DNA of 61,470 bases, filler included, from Sphacelaria rigidula (GCA_964200075.2; 8 parts of 8 records of this genome joined end to end with filler, not necessarily neighbours in it); one strand, 5' to 3'; shown: positions 22,092-36,159, numbered from the whole stretch's first letter. Program-made: numbers and translations. The notes: a model not told the origin generated them from the letters alone.

Positions 22092-22384
22092 TGTAATGCG
22101 TCAGAGGCCCGCATGCTTAGGGGACCGCATCGTAGTTCTAACAAACCCGCAGGATCGAACTTCCTCAAAACAAATCGGGCCAGTCCCTGCAGGGACCATG
22201 CCCCTGACCCTAACGAGCAATGCTACGATAGGGGTGCACGTTTTTCGCGAAATTATGTCTAGTTCAGGGGCTCCCAACGATTCTAGACGCACAAAAATAT
22301 GGGTCAGGGCATTCTAACCCTAACCAAAGGGGTGTTAAAACTCCGAGGCGGTCCCCTAAGTCCGCGGTCCTCTCGCGCATTACA
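22092..22384. mobile_element. TTAGGG-family MITE with 4-bp TSD CCGC, carrying a fragment of the GAGCGATG MITE
   Basis: CCGC|TGTAATGCG ... CGCATTACA|CCGC; approx. 22215-22311 matches 61100-61190 and the reverse complement of approx. 29460-29555. Confidence 0.85.
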
Positions 22385-22990
22385 CCGCAGTCTGGCATCT
22401 CAAATATGGAGAACGCATCCACCCCCCGGATATTTTGTTCAAGAGGTCGACGCCGCGCGCTTACAATCCAGGTTTATTGGGCTGGATTTCACGTCCTATC
22501 AGCCGCTGTCAAATAAATGCTATCTTCGTGTATCAGGGCAAATATCATGCACGTTTTCAGTTGAGACGATTTTCAATATATTTTGCATCATGCAGCCCAT
22601 ATTGTTCGTCATATGGCCACAAAACTGTTTTTTGTAACAGTGTCATGCGTGAGTGCACCACGTGCTTTTCGGACCCCATCGGGGTTCAAACACGCGCACG
22701 GTAAGGGTTTTGATTGGGGTTGGTGTAATGGTCAGGGTCGGGGGCGCGGTCCCCGCACGGACTGGCCCGAGGGGTCTTGAAAAAAATCGGTCCCGGGGTG
22801 TTATGAACCCCAATGCGGCGTCAAAAGTAAGCGGTGTTGGAAATTTACACAGCCAGCAATCTAACGGTATATCTATTGTGTGAGTTTTTACTCTGTAGCA
22901 AATTAGCGGGACAACTAGTTACGGTTCGGGTAGTCGGATAATAGCACAAATCTAACCCGAGATTCCGGGTACAAGTACCTCTTTTATATG

Positions 22991-23090
22991 NNNNNNNNNN
23001 NNNNNNNNNNNNNNNNNNNNNNNNNNNNNNNNNNTTAATTAATTAANNNNNNNNNNNNNNNNNNNNNNNNNNNNNNNNNNNNNNNNNNNN
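22991..23090. other. Artificial contig spacer
   Basis: N44-TTAATTAATTAA-N44. Confidence 0.98.
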
Positions 23091-26000
23091 AGAGACGCCG
23101 TGACCCATTTCAATTGCCCATACCCCCTTCCCCCCCCCCCCCCCCCCCGCGCGCGCGCCCTTCAGTACATCCCTGAACTCAACGGCAGAATATGTCACTG
23201 TTCGTTGATACCGCCTCGCACTACTCCTTAAACAAGTATTGAAAATGACTTTAAAATGAGCGCTGTGCCACAAGGGCGGTGAGCCGTCAACGATCTCTTT
23301 TACGCCCAAACGCCACCTCTGCCCCACACTTTTGTTCTTAGTTTATTTTCTTTGCTTCCAGATACACCGTTACTATACGAGCAACAGCTTCTCGATGCAA
23401 AGAGCAACACAGCGGGAATGCATCCGCAGAAGAAGCCCCCTTTCCTCACGGCAACTCCAACTTCCTTTATTTTTCTTTCAAACATATTTCAGGGGGAACA
23501 AAACAAAAAGGGCTCAAAACACTACACTACACACAAGACAGAGGCAGAGGCTATGTGACGCTACCCACTACAGGCTCGTAGGCTTACGCGTTTACGTGAC
23601 AATATTAGTGTCATGATCCACTATAATAGTGTGTTATTAACACTCGTCGAAAGAAAGAATCAGGGTATGCTACATATGAGGACATTGGGATATCTTCGCT
23701 TAGATAGCAGGGATATGTCAAGACGTTGGCCACCGGGGGGCAAATATAGAGCGATGACAGACCGTTTAATGGCGTGTGCGTTACAGTGTGCCTCACACTC
23801 GCGTCACCAACAGCATTCCAACACGTCATCAACTGGGCAACGGTAAATAATGACCACGCAAGGGGGAAAACCCCAGCAGTCAGTCCCCCCCCCCCCCCCT
23901 CCACCCTCCCGACATACAAGCCATCATTCTGGGCAAAGATGTAAAAAACACGCCTCGAACGTCTACGAACATGCCGTGCGCCCTACCGACCCGTATGGCG
24001 AGGATATCGAGGTGCAGGTCAAACGCGCATTCTACGTGCGCTCCCTTGCCTGCACTCACAAGCCGTGATGCAGCTAGCTTTGAGCCATGCCTCCCGTCCC
24101 CAACTCCCGTCACGCATTTTCTCAGACACCACATGAGGAAGCCCCCCCGTCATACGGGACGCACAAAATGTTGCTCCGCGCGGGTACCGTTTCGTCGAGC
24201 ACATTACGCTACAGAGAGACGCAACTCGTCCGGCCTGACCATTCCATTGCTCCACACCGTTGAAACATCATAATGAGATACTATCACCAAGCTTCAAATA
24301 CAGCAACTAAGGAAGCAACGCGAGAGTGGTCCAACATGCTCCCGGGATCAGGTCAGCAGAAAAAAGAGAAGAAATAATGAAGGGGGGGGGAGGCAGAGAA
24401 AGAGCGAGGAGGGCGGGAGGGAGGGAAAAGCAAAATAGCTGTCCCTACCCAAAGTCCATGACTCTGGAGAAAGAGCAAGTACGAACTTGGACAGCAGCAC
24501 AGCCACCACCATCGTGTGAGCGCACCGACACCGACTTCCTGCATTAATTCTGGTGCGCCCAGCGTCGGGAAAACAAAGGTCGGGTACGATAGACACGGGC
24601 ACGGCGGGTGCGAGAACAATAGCCGAATGTAATGAATACTGGTGTGAAGACAGGAAAAAAAAAACTCACGAGCGCGAGATCCACAAGACTTGAGCTGCAC
24701 TACCAACGATGATCCACAACTACCGGGGCGTTGTGCGGGGAAGGGGTCCTATTGGCGAACCCAGATGTGCAAGGGCAGGTCGAGTAGAGTATACTCAATT
24801 GCGGGGTATTTTGAACGCCGTACTTGAAGTACACACATTCGGGGTAGGGTTTGATACGCTTTCCAGTCATGTTTTGGGTACGACTTCTAACGCTCTACCC
24901 TAATTTCAGTACCTCAAGCGCGTCTTTCAAAACACCCCGCACTTGAGTATACTCTACTCGAACTGCCCTTGCAGATGTGGTCATTGGATGGACGTACAAG
25001 AACTAGCCCCAAGGTGAGTGAACGGACGCAAGTGCTTGCGGTACGGTCTACTCGAGAAAGAGGAAATATGCGCACGAAAGGGGAGCGTAACGCAAAGTGA
25101 AAAAAAGGGCGAAGACGATGAAGGGATGTTGCGAGTACAGCAAACATTGATTTCGAAAACGAGTGAACAAGTCTTTGGAGGTTTTTCTCAGGTAACGCGT
25201 GTCGCTCGAGCAACGCCACCCCCCCGTGTGACGTGTTATCCCTTCACGGGGTTCCTCTTGGAGGCATGCTCCGAACATTTCACCAAAACGACCCGACACT
25301 GTACACCACAAAATATCGAATTACTCGGGCGTCGTGTATGTGGATAAAACTTACTCGAGGTGAGTACAGACAACTTTTGGGCAACCAAGAGATGAAAAAA
25401 TTTCACCTCGGGGAGGGGGTGGAGTGCGACACTACACCCTGGTTCGTTATCCTAGCCTCGTACCCAGCTCTTATCCTGTAAGGAGGGGATACAAGACTAT
25501 CAATCATATGTTGGACATACATCTCAGGTGTGGATTCCCGGGCGGGCCATCAACCACCCTGGGAGGAGCCAGTGCAGTTTAGAGCAGAGCAAGGCGTCGG
25601 CAGGAACGGTTCAGGAACCGGAGCTAGTACGGTTCAGTGCGATGTACATAAAGGAACGGTTCGAGGACCAGTACTATAGCCAGTGTGATTCAGTTTAACC
25701 AGAACGGTTCCGTGAATCTATATTGAAAGCGCTGCAGGTGGGGTTCAGGGCCGAGATTCAGAGACAAGCTTCAGATGGGACCGTACAGCGTGCTTGAAGT
25801 TGACCTCTGTAGAAGTAAGGCCGTGGCTTATCGAGATCAAAATGAGAAGCGAGAACGAAACAAGCGTCCAAAAGTAGCATGTTGATTGGTCGCCGTAACA
25901 ACAGATCTGCCCGGCGACCAATCAACGTGCCTTCTGTGATTTGGATTCCGTAAGACACGGCCTAATAAAAGCACGGCGATGCAACCACACCCTGGACATT

Positions 26001-26955
26001 AGATTGCATTGCCTACATCTGTGCTGCGCACAGTATCGACTATTGAATATATCGCTTTAGACGATACGGAGTAGATTCCATCCTGTACGCAGTACACTTT
26101 TCAACAATGTGATCCCCTCTCCAGGGTGTGGATGCAACACCCCACGCGGGTCAGCCGTCTGCTCAACCCATCAAGGTCTCTTGTGACAATTGTTTGCTCC
26201 GCCATATACGGTGCACTGCGAGGTACCGTTGACGGTGTACTGCACGACACAAGAGCTGGAAACCTGTATGAATCATAAATGATGTACGACTCGTATGATT
26301 TATTCGTTGAAATGATGAAAACGATTTGAATCACGATTTCATTTGTCCTGCCCGTGAAAAAACCCAACTGAAGAGGATACAAGTGTAGTCATCGAATCGA
26401 GTACAAACTGCTGCCGAGATTGCCCCCCCCCCCAATATCGGTGAAGAAAAATGCATGGAGGCGATCATCACAAATGCGTTGGAGCTGGTTTCGTGCTGCA
26501 CGACGCGACTCATTTGGGCATCGTAGCCGATTTGGGACTGCTACACACCCACCATGTGGGCCAAATTGCTGCAAACGAGCCCAATAGTGGAATCGCAGCC
26601 GATTCGTCGGACAGTCTCCGCTGCACTTTTTGTGGGGAGGCCATCTCGGCAGTAGTCTTCAGAGGATATCCCCCCCTCCACCGTCTCGGCTTTGTAGGGA
26701 TGCGAGGTCAACGGTCTCATGGCTACGGCATGCAAGATCATGAGGACACCCACCCCCCGCGAAAAACGTTACAAGAAAAATGCGGTACAGGAACGAACCC
26801 TCGAAGAACAGACAGCCCTGGAATAAACAATAAGGCATCAAGTCATCACGGAAGCAAAAACAAACTGAAAATTTCGTGTGACCATGGCTGGATCCCTGGG
26901 GAAACAGTCAAAGGTGCGACATTTAACCCACTAATTAAAAAATGACAGTACTCAC

Positions 26956-29899
26956 CACCGGCCTCATCTCTACACCCTTCTTCTTCAAAACGCTCATAAC
27001 GTGCTCGCGCATCGAAATCTCCTGGGGGCTTTTCAGGGGTGGGGTCGGGTCCTGCCCGCCGATTTCCTGCAACCACAGAATCGGACAAGCACGTGACAAG
27101 CGGCGGCGCGGAACAAAAAAGCCAAGGATGCCGTTGAGCACGCGCAGCAGAGAGGCAAGAGCGGGGTAGGTACTGGGGTAGGTACTACGTGTGTTACAGG
27201 TCTTTCCTCTAACTGCGCCCAAGGCGTCAGGGAGATTTTTGCGTGCCCATACTGAAAAACATATGTACAAATCAGGAGAGAACACACTGAAAAAAAAAAG
27301 AAACGTTTATCCGCTCGACAAGGAAAAACAGGGGCACGCCTCTACTATCTAAACGGGGAACGGGACAGCCGACAAGAGGGACTTCTCATCATCCCGGGTG
27401 CTGTGTGGCTACTTTCACCCTCTGCGCGCCCTCAGATGGGAAACCCAGAGCCATTTTAGGAACAACAAGTACCGTGCAACACGGTGTACTCGACCCCCGG
27501 TTGGTATCACTTCAAGACCTAGAAAATTAATGCCGAACGATAAGGAGGTATTCAGGGGCCAGAGGGGGGGCGTACTCATTTGTTGCTTGCCTTAGTCGTG
27601 TGACTGTTGACCACGCATCCCTTTCGAGACGGAGCATTCAGGCCTTCAGGGGCGGGGGGGGGGGGGGGGGGGGGGGGCACGTTCACCCGCTTGGCGAAGA
27701 GGTGGGTAGCTGGCGGGAGGATATACTATCTTGTGAAAATAAGTAGATGTTGCTCGCTCGACACCGACACCGTTTACTGGAAACCGATGGATCGGGGAGT
27801 GGGGGTGGGGGTAGGAAGCGTGCTAAATGAACGCCACCGATATCCAACAGCGGAGGCGGGGGTGAAAATAATAGACGTGGGTTCCGTCAATCCCTTCAAT
27901 TGAGACTCCGGACTCATCCCGAGGAAATAAAGGGGTTACGAAAAGTAGTGATGGAAAAAAAATAAACGAGATGGGCGTCAATTTCTTGCGCTTTACTCGT
28001 GTATCATTCTAATATATTGAGATAAGCATATATAATATACACATAATACAAAAACCAGCGAGATGAAGAAATACAGGAATATATTTCGCACCTCCGGAAC
28101 CTTGTCCAAATCGACGAGTTCCTCGAGCTGAGGAAGGAAACTCCCGCCGCATACGACCACTTTAGCCCTCGTGTTCGGGTGCACGAAGGGAGACACGAAC
28201 TGCCGCAGCACAGAAACAAGGTGGGGGGGTGGGAGGGTGTAGTCATGATCATGCATGCCATAGTCATAAGATCAATGACCTTGCATCACTAAAAAGCCGG
28301 GACGGAGCACGCCGGGTTTTCGCCGAACCAGACTCGCAGTCAGTCACCAAACGCGAAGCGCCGTGACGTTTGCCGAGTCGCATGAAGGGTGAGCCGCATT
28401 CTGCGAAGATTGTTCGGCCCGAAGCCTACTGATTGTCTTGCATTTGGATGGCAAGCTACAATGAGAGGGGGGGGGGGGGGGGGATCACAACAACAACTTG
28501 AACCAACTGAATATGCCAGAAATTGAAGGAGAAGAAAAATCCTGGCGAGAGAGACACCAGGTATTGGAGGGAAAGCATGATACAGAGAGACATGCAGACG
28601 AATCGGACCAATTGAAAACGAAGAGAACGAAGAGAACGAAGGAACATTCAACAGTGACGCTCTTTCAATGTAAAGCTTGAGCACAGAATACCGGCAAGAA
28701 TGGTGCAAAACGGGACCGTGAACATCGGACGGGATGCAGGTGATGAAACAGAACAGCATCATAACAGTTGTAGCCAGGTGACTTGTGGACGTATGGACGC
28801 ATATGGAGGCGTGGGGGGAGGGGTAGAAAGTATGCTGCGAACATAAATAGTTACAAATATCTAAACTGCGTTTGCTCTTCTCACCACCTGGATCATGCAT
28901 AGAGAACAAGAACATGGCTCTCATTTCGTCATTTTATTTAGCACGAGGCTGTCTGGCCCTCCTACCAGCAGGTAGGCCTTAACCGGGTATTCAGTTATGA
29001 ATGAAAATGACCGGCGCTTAAACTCAAGCCGTTTTTTCTTCCTTTCAAGTGGGGGGAAGGGGGGAGGGGGATCAAAATCATCTGCGTCCTTGCAAGAAAA
29101 ACGAAAAACAGAACAAAACGAAACAAGAAAAAAGAGAAGAAAAAGAGCAAAGTACCGTCACTTCCCTTCGGCTGATGCCAAGATAGCCCCCCAAAGAAAA
29201 GTGGCTGGTTGAAGGAGGCAAAGTCCGCATGTAAATCGAAATGACAAACGACGGGCGCACCGAGCAGCTGAGAACTCCCACGCTTGCGATCCTTTCTGGA
29301 GCGATACTACAGTAGGGGTGCACATTTTTTCTCAAAGATTAGAATTGTTAGTAGCCCTTCATCCGATCCGAAGCACGACTTATGAAACATGTGAGAGTAC
29401 GACAGGAATACTATTCCAACGTGCTGAGGATTTTCCCGAATGAATTCGCAAACAGGGGTGCCCTGACCCATACTCTTGTGCATCTAGAATAGTTGGGAGC
29501 CCCTGAACCAGACAAGATTTTGCGCATAAAGTGCACCCCTACCGAAGCATCGCTCTCTGCCAGTGTCGCCGATATGAGGCGCTTAATACAGTCTGAAATC
29601 AGCCATCACGCGCTGTATGCCCATTCTCTTTCTGGTATTTTTGGGGGTTAGTATCGCGGCATCACTGCTTCGTAAAAGCCTCCTTCGTGACATAACTTCC
29701 AGTCTCTTCCCGAAACGAACACACACACTAAATCAAAATCAAACCAAGTATACCATAGCTCATCATCATGGAGCCTTGCCGGACGCAGGTTCACCTTCCA
29801 GACGAGGCTAAACCACCACGGGGCGTTGAGGATGAAGATCTTGTACGACCGCTCGGGGTAGTGCGCGCCGATCATTTTGGCAGATCGCACTAGGAACTC
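26956..29899 (-). CDS. CRAL-TRIO/Sec14-family lipid-binding protein, 3' exons (partial)
   Basis: Exons 29899-29795 (EFLVRSAKMIGAHYPERSYKIFILNAPWWFSLVWK), 28199-28092 (FVSPFVHPNTRAKVVVCG...VPE), 27066-26956 (EIGG...); all phase 0; contains the YPER/NAP/PF..T..K/P.E.GG signatures. Confidence 0.9.
27562..27650. repeat. Dispersed repeat end, also at approx. 38305-38382 and 61395-61470
   Basis: GGGGGGCGTACTCATTTGTTGCTTGCCTTAGTCG..TGACCACGCATCCCTT.CGAGAC in three contigs. Confidence 0.8.
29299..29555. mobile_element. MITE with GAG...CTC ends and 4-bp TSD TCTG (Sola-like)
   Basis: TCTG|GAGCGATACTACAGTAGGGGTGCAC ... GTGCACCCCTACCGAAGCATCGCTC|TCTG; second copy at approx. 61100-61350. Confidence 0.85.
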
Positions 29900-30024
29900 C
29901 TGCAGGAGCGAAGACGGAGGTTTAGGGCAGGAGGTGAGGGAATAGGGTTATCTGGAGTGGGCAGTAGAGAACAGGGTTACGTGATAAACCGTTACTTGAA
30001 CTATTAACAGTCCTTCAACATCCG

Positions 30025-30686
30025 TACCTGTCGCTACGATTCAAAAGGTACTCGAGTACCCTCGGGAGGTAGAAATGGTTTACGGGATGGTGCTGCGAAC
30101 TCATCTTTTTCCATGACTGCTTCAAGTCCCGTCATGTATCGGTGACTGTGGCTACTTTTCAAAAGGTACTCGAGTACCCTCGGGAGGTAAAAATGGTTTA
30201 CGGGATGGTGCTGCGAACTAATCTTTTTCCATGACTGCTTCAAGTCCCGTCATGTATCGGTGACTGTGGCTACTGTTCAAACGATACGCCAGTGGCCCGA
30301 GGAGTAGAAAGAGTTCACGTGATGATATTCCTGACTGTTCACAGTTCCGTAACTGTTTCAAGCCCTGTCATGTATCGGTAACTGTGGCTACAGTTCAAAC
30401 GATACGTCAGTGTCCCAGGAAGCAGAAAAAGTTCATGTGATGGTATTCCCGACTCTTCACAGTTCCGTAACTGTTTCAAGCCCTGTCATGTATCGGTAAC
30501 TGTGGCTACAGTTCAAACGATACGTCAGTGTCCCAGGAAGCAGAAAAAGTTCACGTGATGGTATTCCCGACTGTTCACAGTTCCGTAACTGTTTCAAGCC
30601 TCGTCATGTATCGGTAACTGTGGCTACAGTTCAAACGATACGTCAGTGTCCCAGGAAGCAGAAAAAGTTCACGTGATGGTATTCCT
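30025..30686. repeat. 118-bp tandem repeat, at least 5.5 copies, two unit subtypes
   Basis: TCATGTATCGG at 30132, 30250, 30368, 30486, 30604 (exact 118-bp spacing); runs into the contig end. Confidence 0.95.
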
Positions 30687-30786
30687 NNNNNNNNNNNNNN
30701 NNNNNNNNNNNNNNNNNNNNNNNNNNNNNNTTAATTAATTAANNNNNNNNNNNNNNNNNNNNNNNNNNNNNNNNNNNNNNNNNNNN
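30687..30786. other. Artificial contig spacer
   Basis: N44-TTAATTAATTAA-N44. Confidence 0.98.
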
Positions 30787-33700
30787 GAGTCGAATCAAAT
30801 ATACCAAAACCAAGTAATTTCCAGACGAATCATTATTTGTCCGACCCTTGAATCTTTGTAAAAAGTAACGCAAACCCTGAAAACCCTGACCCCAACCGAA
30901 GAAACACCGAGAAACCGCGGGCGAGGGGGCTGTGAAGCGTTCCCTAGGCAAAGTGTGGCGTTGGCAGACCTCAAAACGGCGCGGCAGGCGTCGATTTTGA
31001 CGAAAACGCATTCTGCGCATGCGAGGGGCAGTTGGGGCTGTCAGCGCCGCTAAAGATCCGAATATCAGTGTCTACACTCAAATCAAGTGATGAAATTTCC
31101 GGAAGGCTCTAATTGACCAAGTGGGTGAACACTACTGCACGCGAAACCGAAACGCCGGGCGTGGGGGACAGAAGGGTTGATCCCTTCAAAGGATGATTTC
31201 GTCCCGAGGAACGGGGGTGGGTTCAATGAGCGACGAAAAAAGTGGCCTCTTTGCAAGCACTCTCAGGAAGTCAGTAGCATCCACTCTTGGCGATACGATG
31301 ATGAGTGGATGATGGCCGCAGGTTCTTTTTGGCTGCCTGCAGTACGTACCCCTGATCCCGCAAAATGGTACCGTTTATTTGCTCTCGTGTTTCTTCCTCA
31401 TTCTGTCATTATTCATGTTCATCCCGTAAACTGCTTAACCTTCCGCTGCTTTTTTTTTTTCCATTGTTTTTCTTGGTGTTGAAATGCCCGTCCTTGCCTG
31501 CTGTTTCGGTTTCCTCTCGGGCAGATGCAAGGTGAAAATCCAGTTCTTTCCGACTGAAGGGGAGCTACACATGTTTCTGCGTGGTTGGGTGCTGATAGTG
31601 GTTGGTAACTAGGTGACTGACCGCACTGATCGGTCGTATTTGTTTTTGCGAAATATCGCGTGTATCTATCAGGGGGGGAGGGAGAGAGTGGGCGGTGTTC
31701 ATGCCTAACAGAGGAAGGTGGACGTTTTGCTCACACTGTGCGGCGCCGGGCAGGGGTGTGAGGGGGGGAGGAAGAACTGATGCAAAATTCGAAGAAAAAA
31801 CAAGGACTTCTTGCTTGCTCACAGAGTATAGCGTAGCGCTCAGCTTGTAAATTGTGTTACCGTCGTTATCCACATGGAGCGGATGGAATCACGCCCGGGA
31901 TGCGCGTGAGAGGAAAGCGTGTGCTTGGGTGTCGGGAGGATCTCCGGGAAACCCTAGAGGGAGAAAGTAAAGTGGAACCAAAAAACTTGAGGATATTGAT
32001 TTGCCAAGACTTGTTGGATGGCGGCTGGCTGATTTCGTGCACGGTCTTTTGGAGCGGAGGGACATTCGAACATGGATGACGTCATGCGGTGGCTTCCTTT
32101 GCTGCTTTGGCCAACTGTTTTGTTAATACTTTGTCGGACGAACGTGAGTGTCTCAACACTGAGGGTGTTCGGCAGGATAGACCGCCGTTTTGAGTCAAGT
32201 TTTGGCACTCGTGTGAAGTCAGTCAATATAAAGATTTTCAAAACCTCGTTATTTTTTTTTGTCTCGTTGTCAGCGTAAATTTTGTCATCGTACAGAATAT
32301 CTCATGCGGTTGCATTTTTTTCGCTCAACAGTTTATTGTGTTTTGTGAAAAAAGAGTTTCCGAAACTCTGGACTTTGCGTGAGATAGCACGCCGACAAAA
32401 GCTACGCTGATGAATAAAAAAAAGTGAACGCGCGGTTCTGAAATTCTTTGATATTCTGTATTTTGTAGTTATTATTGGCGACATCTGTATCAATTTGCGG
32501 CATGTCGAAAGGGAGGATAGCATAGTGACCGCTGGTCTCACGTTGAAGATTATAGCGTCTTCGGTTGCAGATGATGACTTAGCCTAGGTTCTGATTCGTG
32601 TCTTGGAGAGACGATGCGCGCCCACAACTACGTGCACAGGTCGGATGGTGTGACTTTTTTTGTGTACATATGGATTTCTGCAAGTACTACGATGATGCGC
32701 ATCTCTCCGAGAGAGCTGTCGCTGTATCATCGGGTTGCTCTAAACGATACCCCTGAGGAAAATCGATGCTTGCTGTCGGCGATAGCGTGCGCATTACGCC
32801 GAGTAGAGAGTACCGGGTGAAGTTTAGCGAGGAGATGTGTCAGGACCCAAAGACAGTCGCTGTAATTGCCATTTCAGCGTGGCCCTAGCACTCATGGTCC
32901 CAGTTAGCGCCGATGAGGTATGTATGCCACTATTGTCTTCTTTAATTTTTCGTGTTGTCAGTGTTGGCGGCGAGCTCAGCGCCCGAGGTCGCGCGCGCTT
33001 CGTCGTCGACGAAATACATCTGGGATCACGCGCGTTTCCCTGATACATGGTGGTGTGCTGTTGTGCCATCAGATCGCGCGAAGTGGACGCCGACTGGGGG
33101 TAGAATTGTCGAGTCTTTTGAATACGAGGAATGGATGGAACAGCCAGGAGTGGGTGCGGCTTCACCGAGTGGATAATGGCCGCAAACAGTCGGGCCGGTT
33201 TGTGGTGGCTTTGGTCGAAGGTTGTGGGTATTGTGGTTGTACAGTAGCGCGGTGCTTCCGCTGTGCGTGGTTGGTGTTCGCATCTTCACCGTGCTTGCCT
33301 GAGTATGTCTGAGTATGTGTGTGTATACAATGTAGATGTTGGTGCGACATATGGAAGGGGCGGTACAACGTGTAACAGTTGTTGTGTTGATATGTCCATG
33401 AAGTGCCGCGGAGAGGGTTGGAAGTGAGATTGACGAATGTACCTAGGGTGGGTGGGCGTAAGACGGGGCGGTTCCACATGTCATTAGCGGGATTGAGGGT
33501 AGGGGTGGGGGGATGGCATGGAGGTGGGGGGATGAAGGTGCGGCGACGCTGCATGTGGCAAGGTACTCGTTGATATGGGTGGCGGGAGCTGTATTTCGGG
33601 AGGTGCTACGAAACACTGACTGGCGTGGGATGCGAAATTTCCTCGCAGTTGTCGCTGTTGGACCTTGACCCGTGCGTTTTGAAGGGGAACTTTATTTTTC

Positions 33701-35831
33701 CTGAGGATGCGGTGTTTCGCTAGTGTCGCGACTGTTGATAGTCGTTGATCCGCATTCCCCAACGTTTAAATGGGATATGCCAGGTAGACCGAACGTGTTT
33801 ACAACGCGAATGAAATAGAAAACCCATGTCTCACGAGTTGAGCAGCTCGAAGCAAGTTATTTGTACTCCGTACACTCTAAAGTGAATACGAAGCGAATCG
33901 TGTTGACAACGAATGTGCGTTCGCCCATTTTCTTTGCATGTATTTGATACGAAACCACTTCTCCACCAGCCTTTTTAGGGAGCTTGCTGCCATCGGCCAA
34001 AATAGATATACGTTTTTTCGTGCGCGTATCCTGTCAATCAATGTGCTTGTTCATGGCCTGCAGCCGTTGGGACAGACCAATATCGTGGAAAGCTATCAAT
34101 TTACAAGTGGTTGTATCCGCACCTTTTCCTTCTTCGCCGAAGGGAGCTGGAGAAAAACGTTACCGTCCATATCTACACCAGGGGTCGCCTTTTTAAGTCG
34201 TATATTATCCCTTATACCCTGTAACTGCTACCGCCTACGTGGTTGCCCGAACCTTGAACTTTGTGTATGTAATGGTGGCGGACAGGTTGTCACCACGTGA
34301 CGCCGTTCGGGCATGTGTGTCGGCAAGATGTTCACACATGCTCGTTGGATCCTTGTCACCTCCGGCACACTATACGAGCGCCCTGTATGCATCGTTGAAT
34401 CTTCCGGTTCCTCGGGCCAACTAGCAGGGGGCTACCCTCTCTTGGTCGTTGGGTTTCGGCCTTTTTGGGTGGGGTATATTGACCGAAAATGGCTATTGTT
34501 GTGACTGCTCGGCGTATCTCCTGCTAAGCAGGCGGTACTGTCACCACTTCACAGAAAAGGGTCGACAAGTGAACAAAAGAGGTTGATAAATAAATAATTA
34601 AAAAAAGCAGGGTGTACCCTCCTGGTCTGCTTACAAAAAAGGGTACTCTCACAGGCTCTCATTTTCGGTGCCGTACTTCAGGCTAGTAACACTTATGAAA
34701 ATAAAAAAAAATGGCCGGGCGTGCTGCCCAGACACCTTTTTGGGCATGGGGCTGAGGCGCCGGAACGGGTTCTCGAAGTGTTCAGCTCATGCAGCGCCGC
34801 GCCCCGAAGCGAAAAACTCGTTACCCTTTTTTGATGCAAAGCACCAGAGTGTACCCTTTTTTGTATATTGCCCATCGTAGAACACAATTGACGGGTTACA
34901 GGCTCATCACTATCGACAGCGTTTTTTCTAGATCTCCAAAATTTTCGGGACTGGCACGGTATGGAATAGGAACTATCATCAAAGAAAATCCGTCTCTTTG
35001 GAGCCGTTAGTGAGGGTGCGCCCGCTGGTCGTGCTTGTTGATCCCCCAGATCTCTGGAAGCATGACATGGCATGTCATACACTAACAACACGGAGGAAAG
35101 CAATGGATCAGACCCGCGGTCAACAACGGCGCAGTGTATGTGATCAACCTCAGAATTCTCTCTACTGCCATAAGTCAACCAAGCACATAGCTACGGATGA
35201 CACCAACACGCAGTAGCTCAGGGCTAGCGCATTTTTTATCCCACACGAGGACCCACACCAACGTCTGCTTTGCCGTTGGATATCTGCCGAGACGACAGGA
35301 TCGGTTACGTACCTGCTATGTTACGGTTGGATTGCCATATTACGGTTCGTCTACGCACATGTTGAGTTCCTCCGCATCGTGCCCAAGTTGCGCGAGGCTA
35401 CCCGGTCGTCCGTGGAAGAGATTCAGCAACCCGGGACGTGCTGCTCAGGGGGCTGAGCGGTTGAACTTGTACCACATTACGTACAGGTGAGGGAATAGGC
35501 TGTGGTAATGGCGATGCAGGTTGGATTCCAGTAGCAGCTTTGTACGTGTGAGCGAGAACGCCATGTTTGACCGACGCGCTCGAACGTCCCGGACGAAGCA
35601 CGCGTCGACGAACGTCAGCCCTTCACCTGTTATTTTGCGAACCCTATAGCTGTGCATGATGTGTATCACCCGAGTGTGTGTATGTATTGCGCATTTTATT
35701 GCTTGTCAAGAATTTTGTATGCTACTACTCTCGTCAGCTCAAAAATAGCCAAAAGTCTGAATACTGTGGAACTACGTACACCATCGTTTCTTAGCGCAAG
35801 TACCGAAGCACCTCACGCAGTGTTGTAGTAC

Positions 35832-35910
35832 TGTAATGCGTGAGAGGACCGCGTGCTTAGCGGACCACATCCGAATTTGAACATCCCCATGATTAGGGTT
35901 AGGGTTAGAT
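35832..35910. mobile_element. Truncated TTAGGG-containing MITE
   Basis: TGTAATGCGTGAGAGGACCGCGTGCTTAG...GATTAGGGTTAGGGTTAG; no second TIR. Confidence 0.8.
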
Positions 35911-36159
35911 TCCCTGGTGGAATGGGGTGACATGTGCGATTTTTAGCTTCATGCACAAGAAACCTCGGTTCGTATAGGTTTTTGCTCAGTTTGGATATCA
36001 CAGCGGCATCTTGCCCTCGCACTGCGGTGGTCTGACAGGTATATCGAAGGGTAGTTGGAGCGGAAGGATGCGGGTTAGAATCCCAACAGATGCGTTCTTT
36101 ATGAGAAAAATCTATTTCCGCCGTTGACAGCGCAAGGGTGTGAGTAGCAAGGAAGATTC

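Noticed and set aside
25477-26190. Solo LTR (TGTAAGG...GTGACA with AATAAA and repeated AACGGTTC)
   Set aside because: No TSD or terminal inverted match and no second copy in the window.
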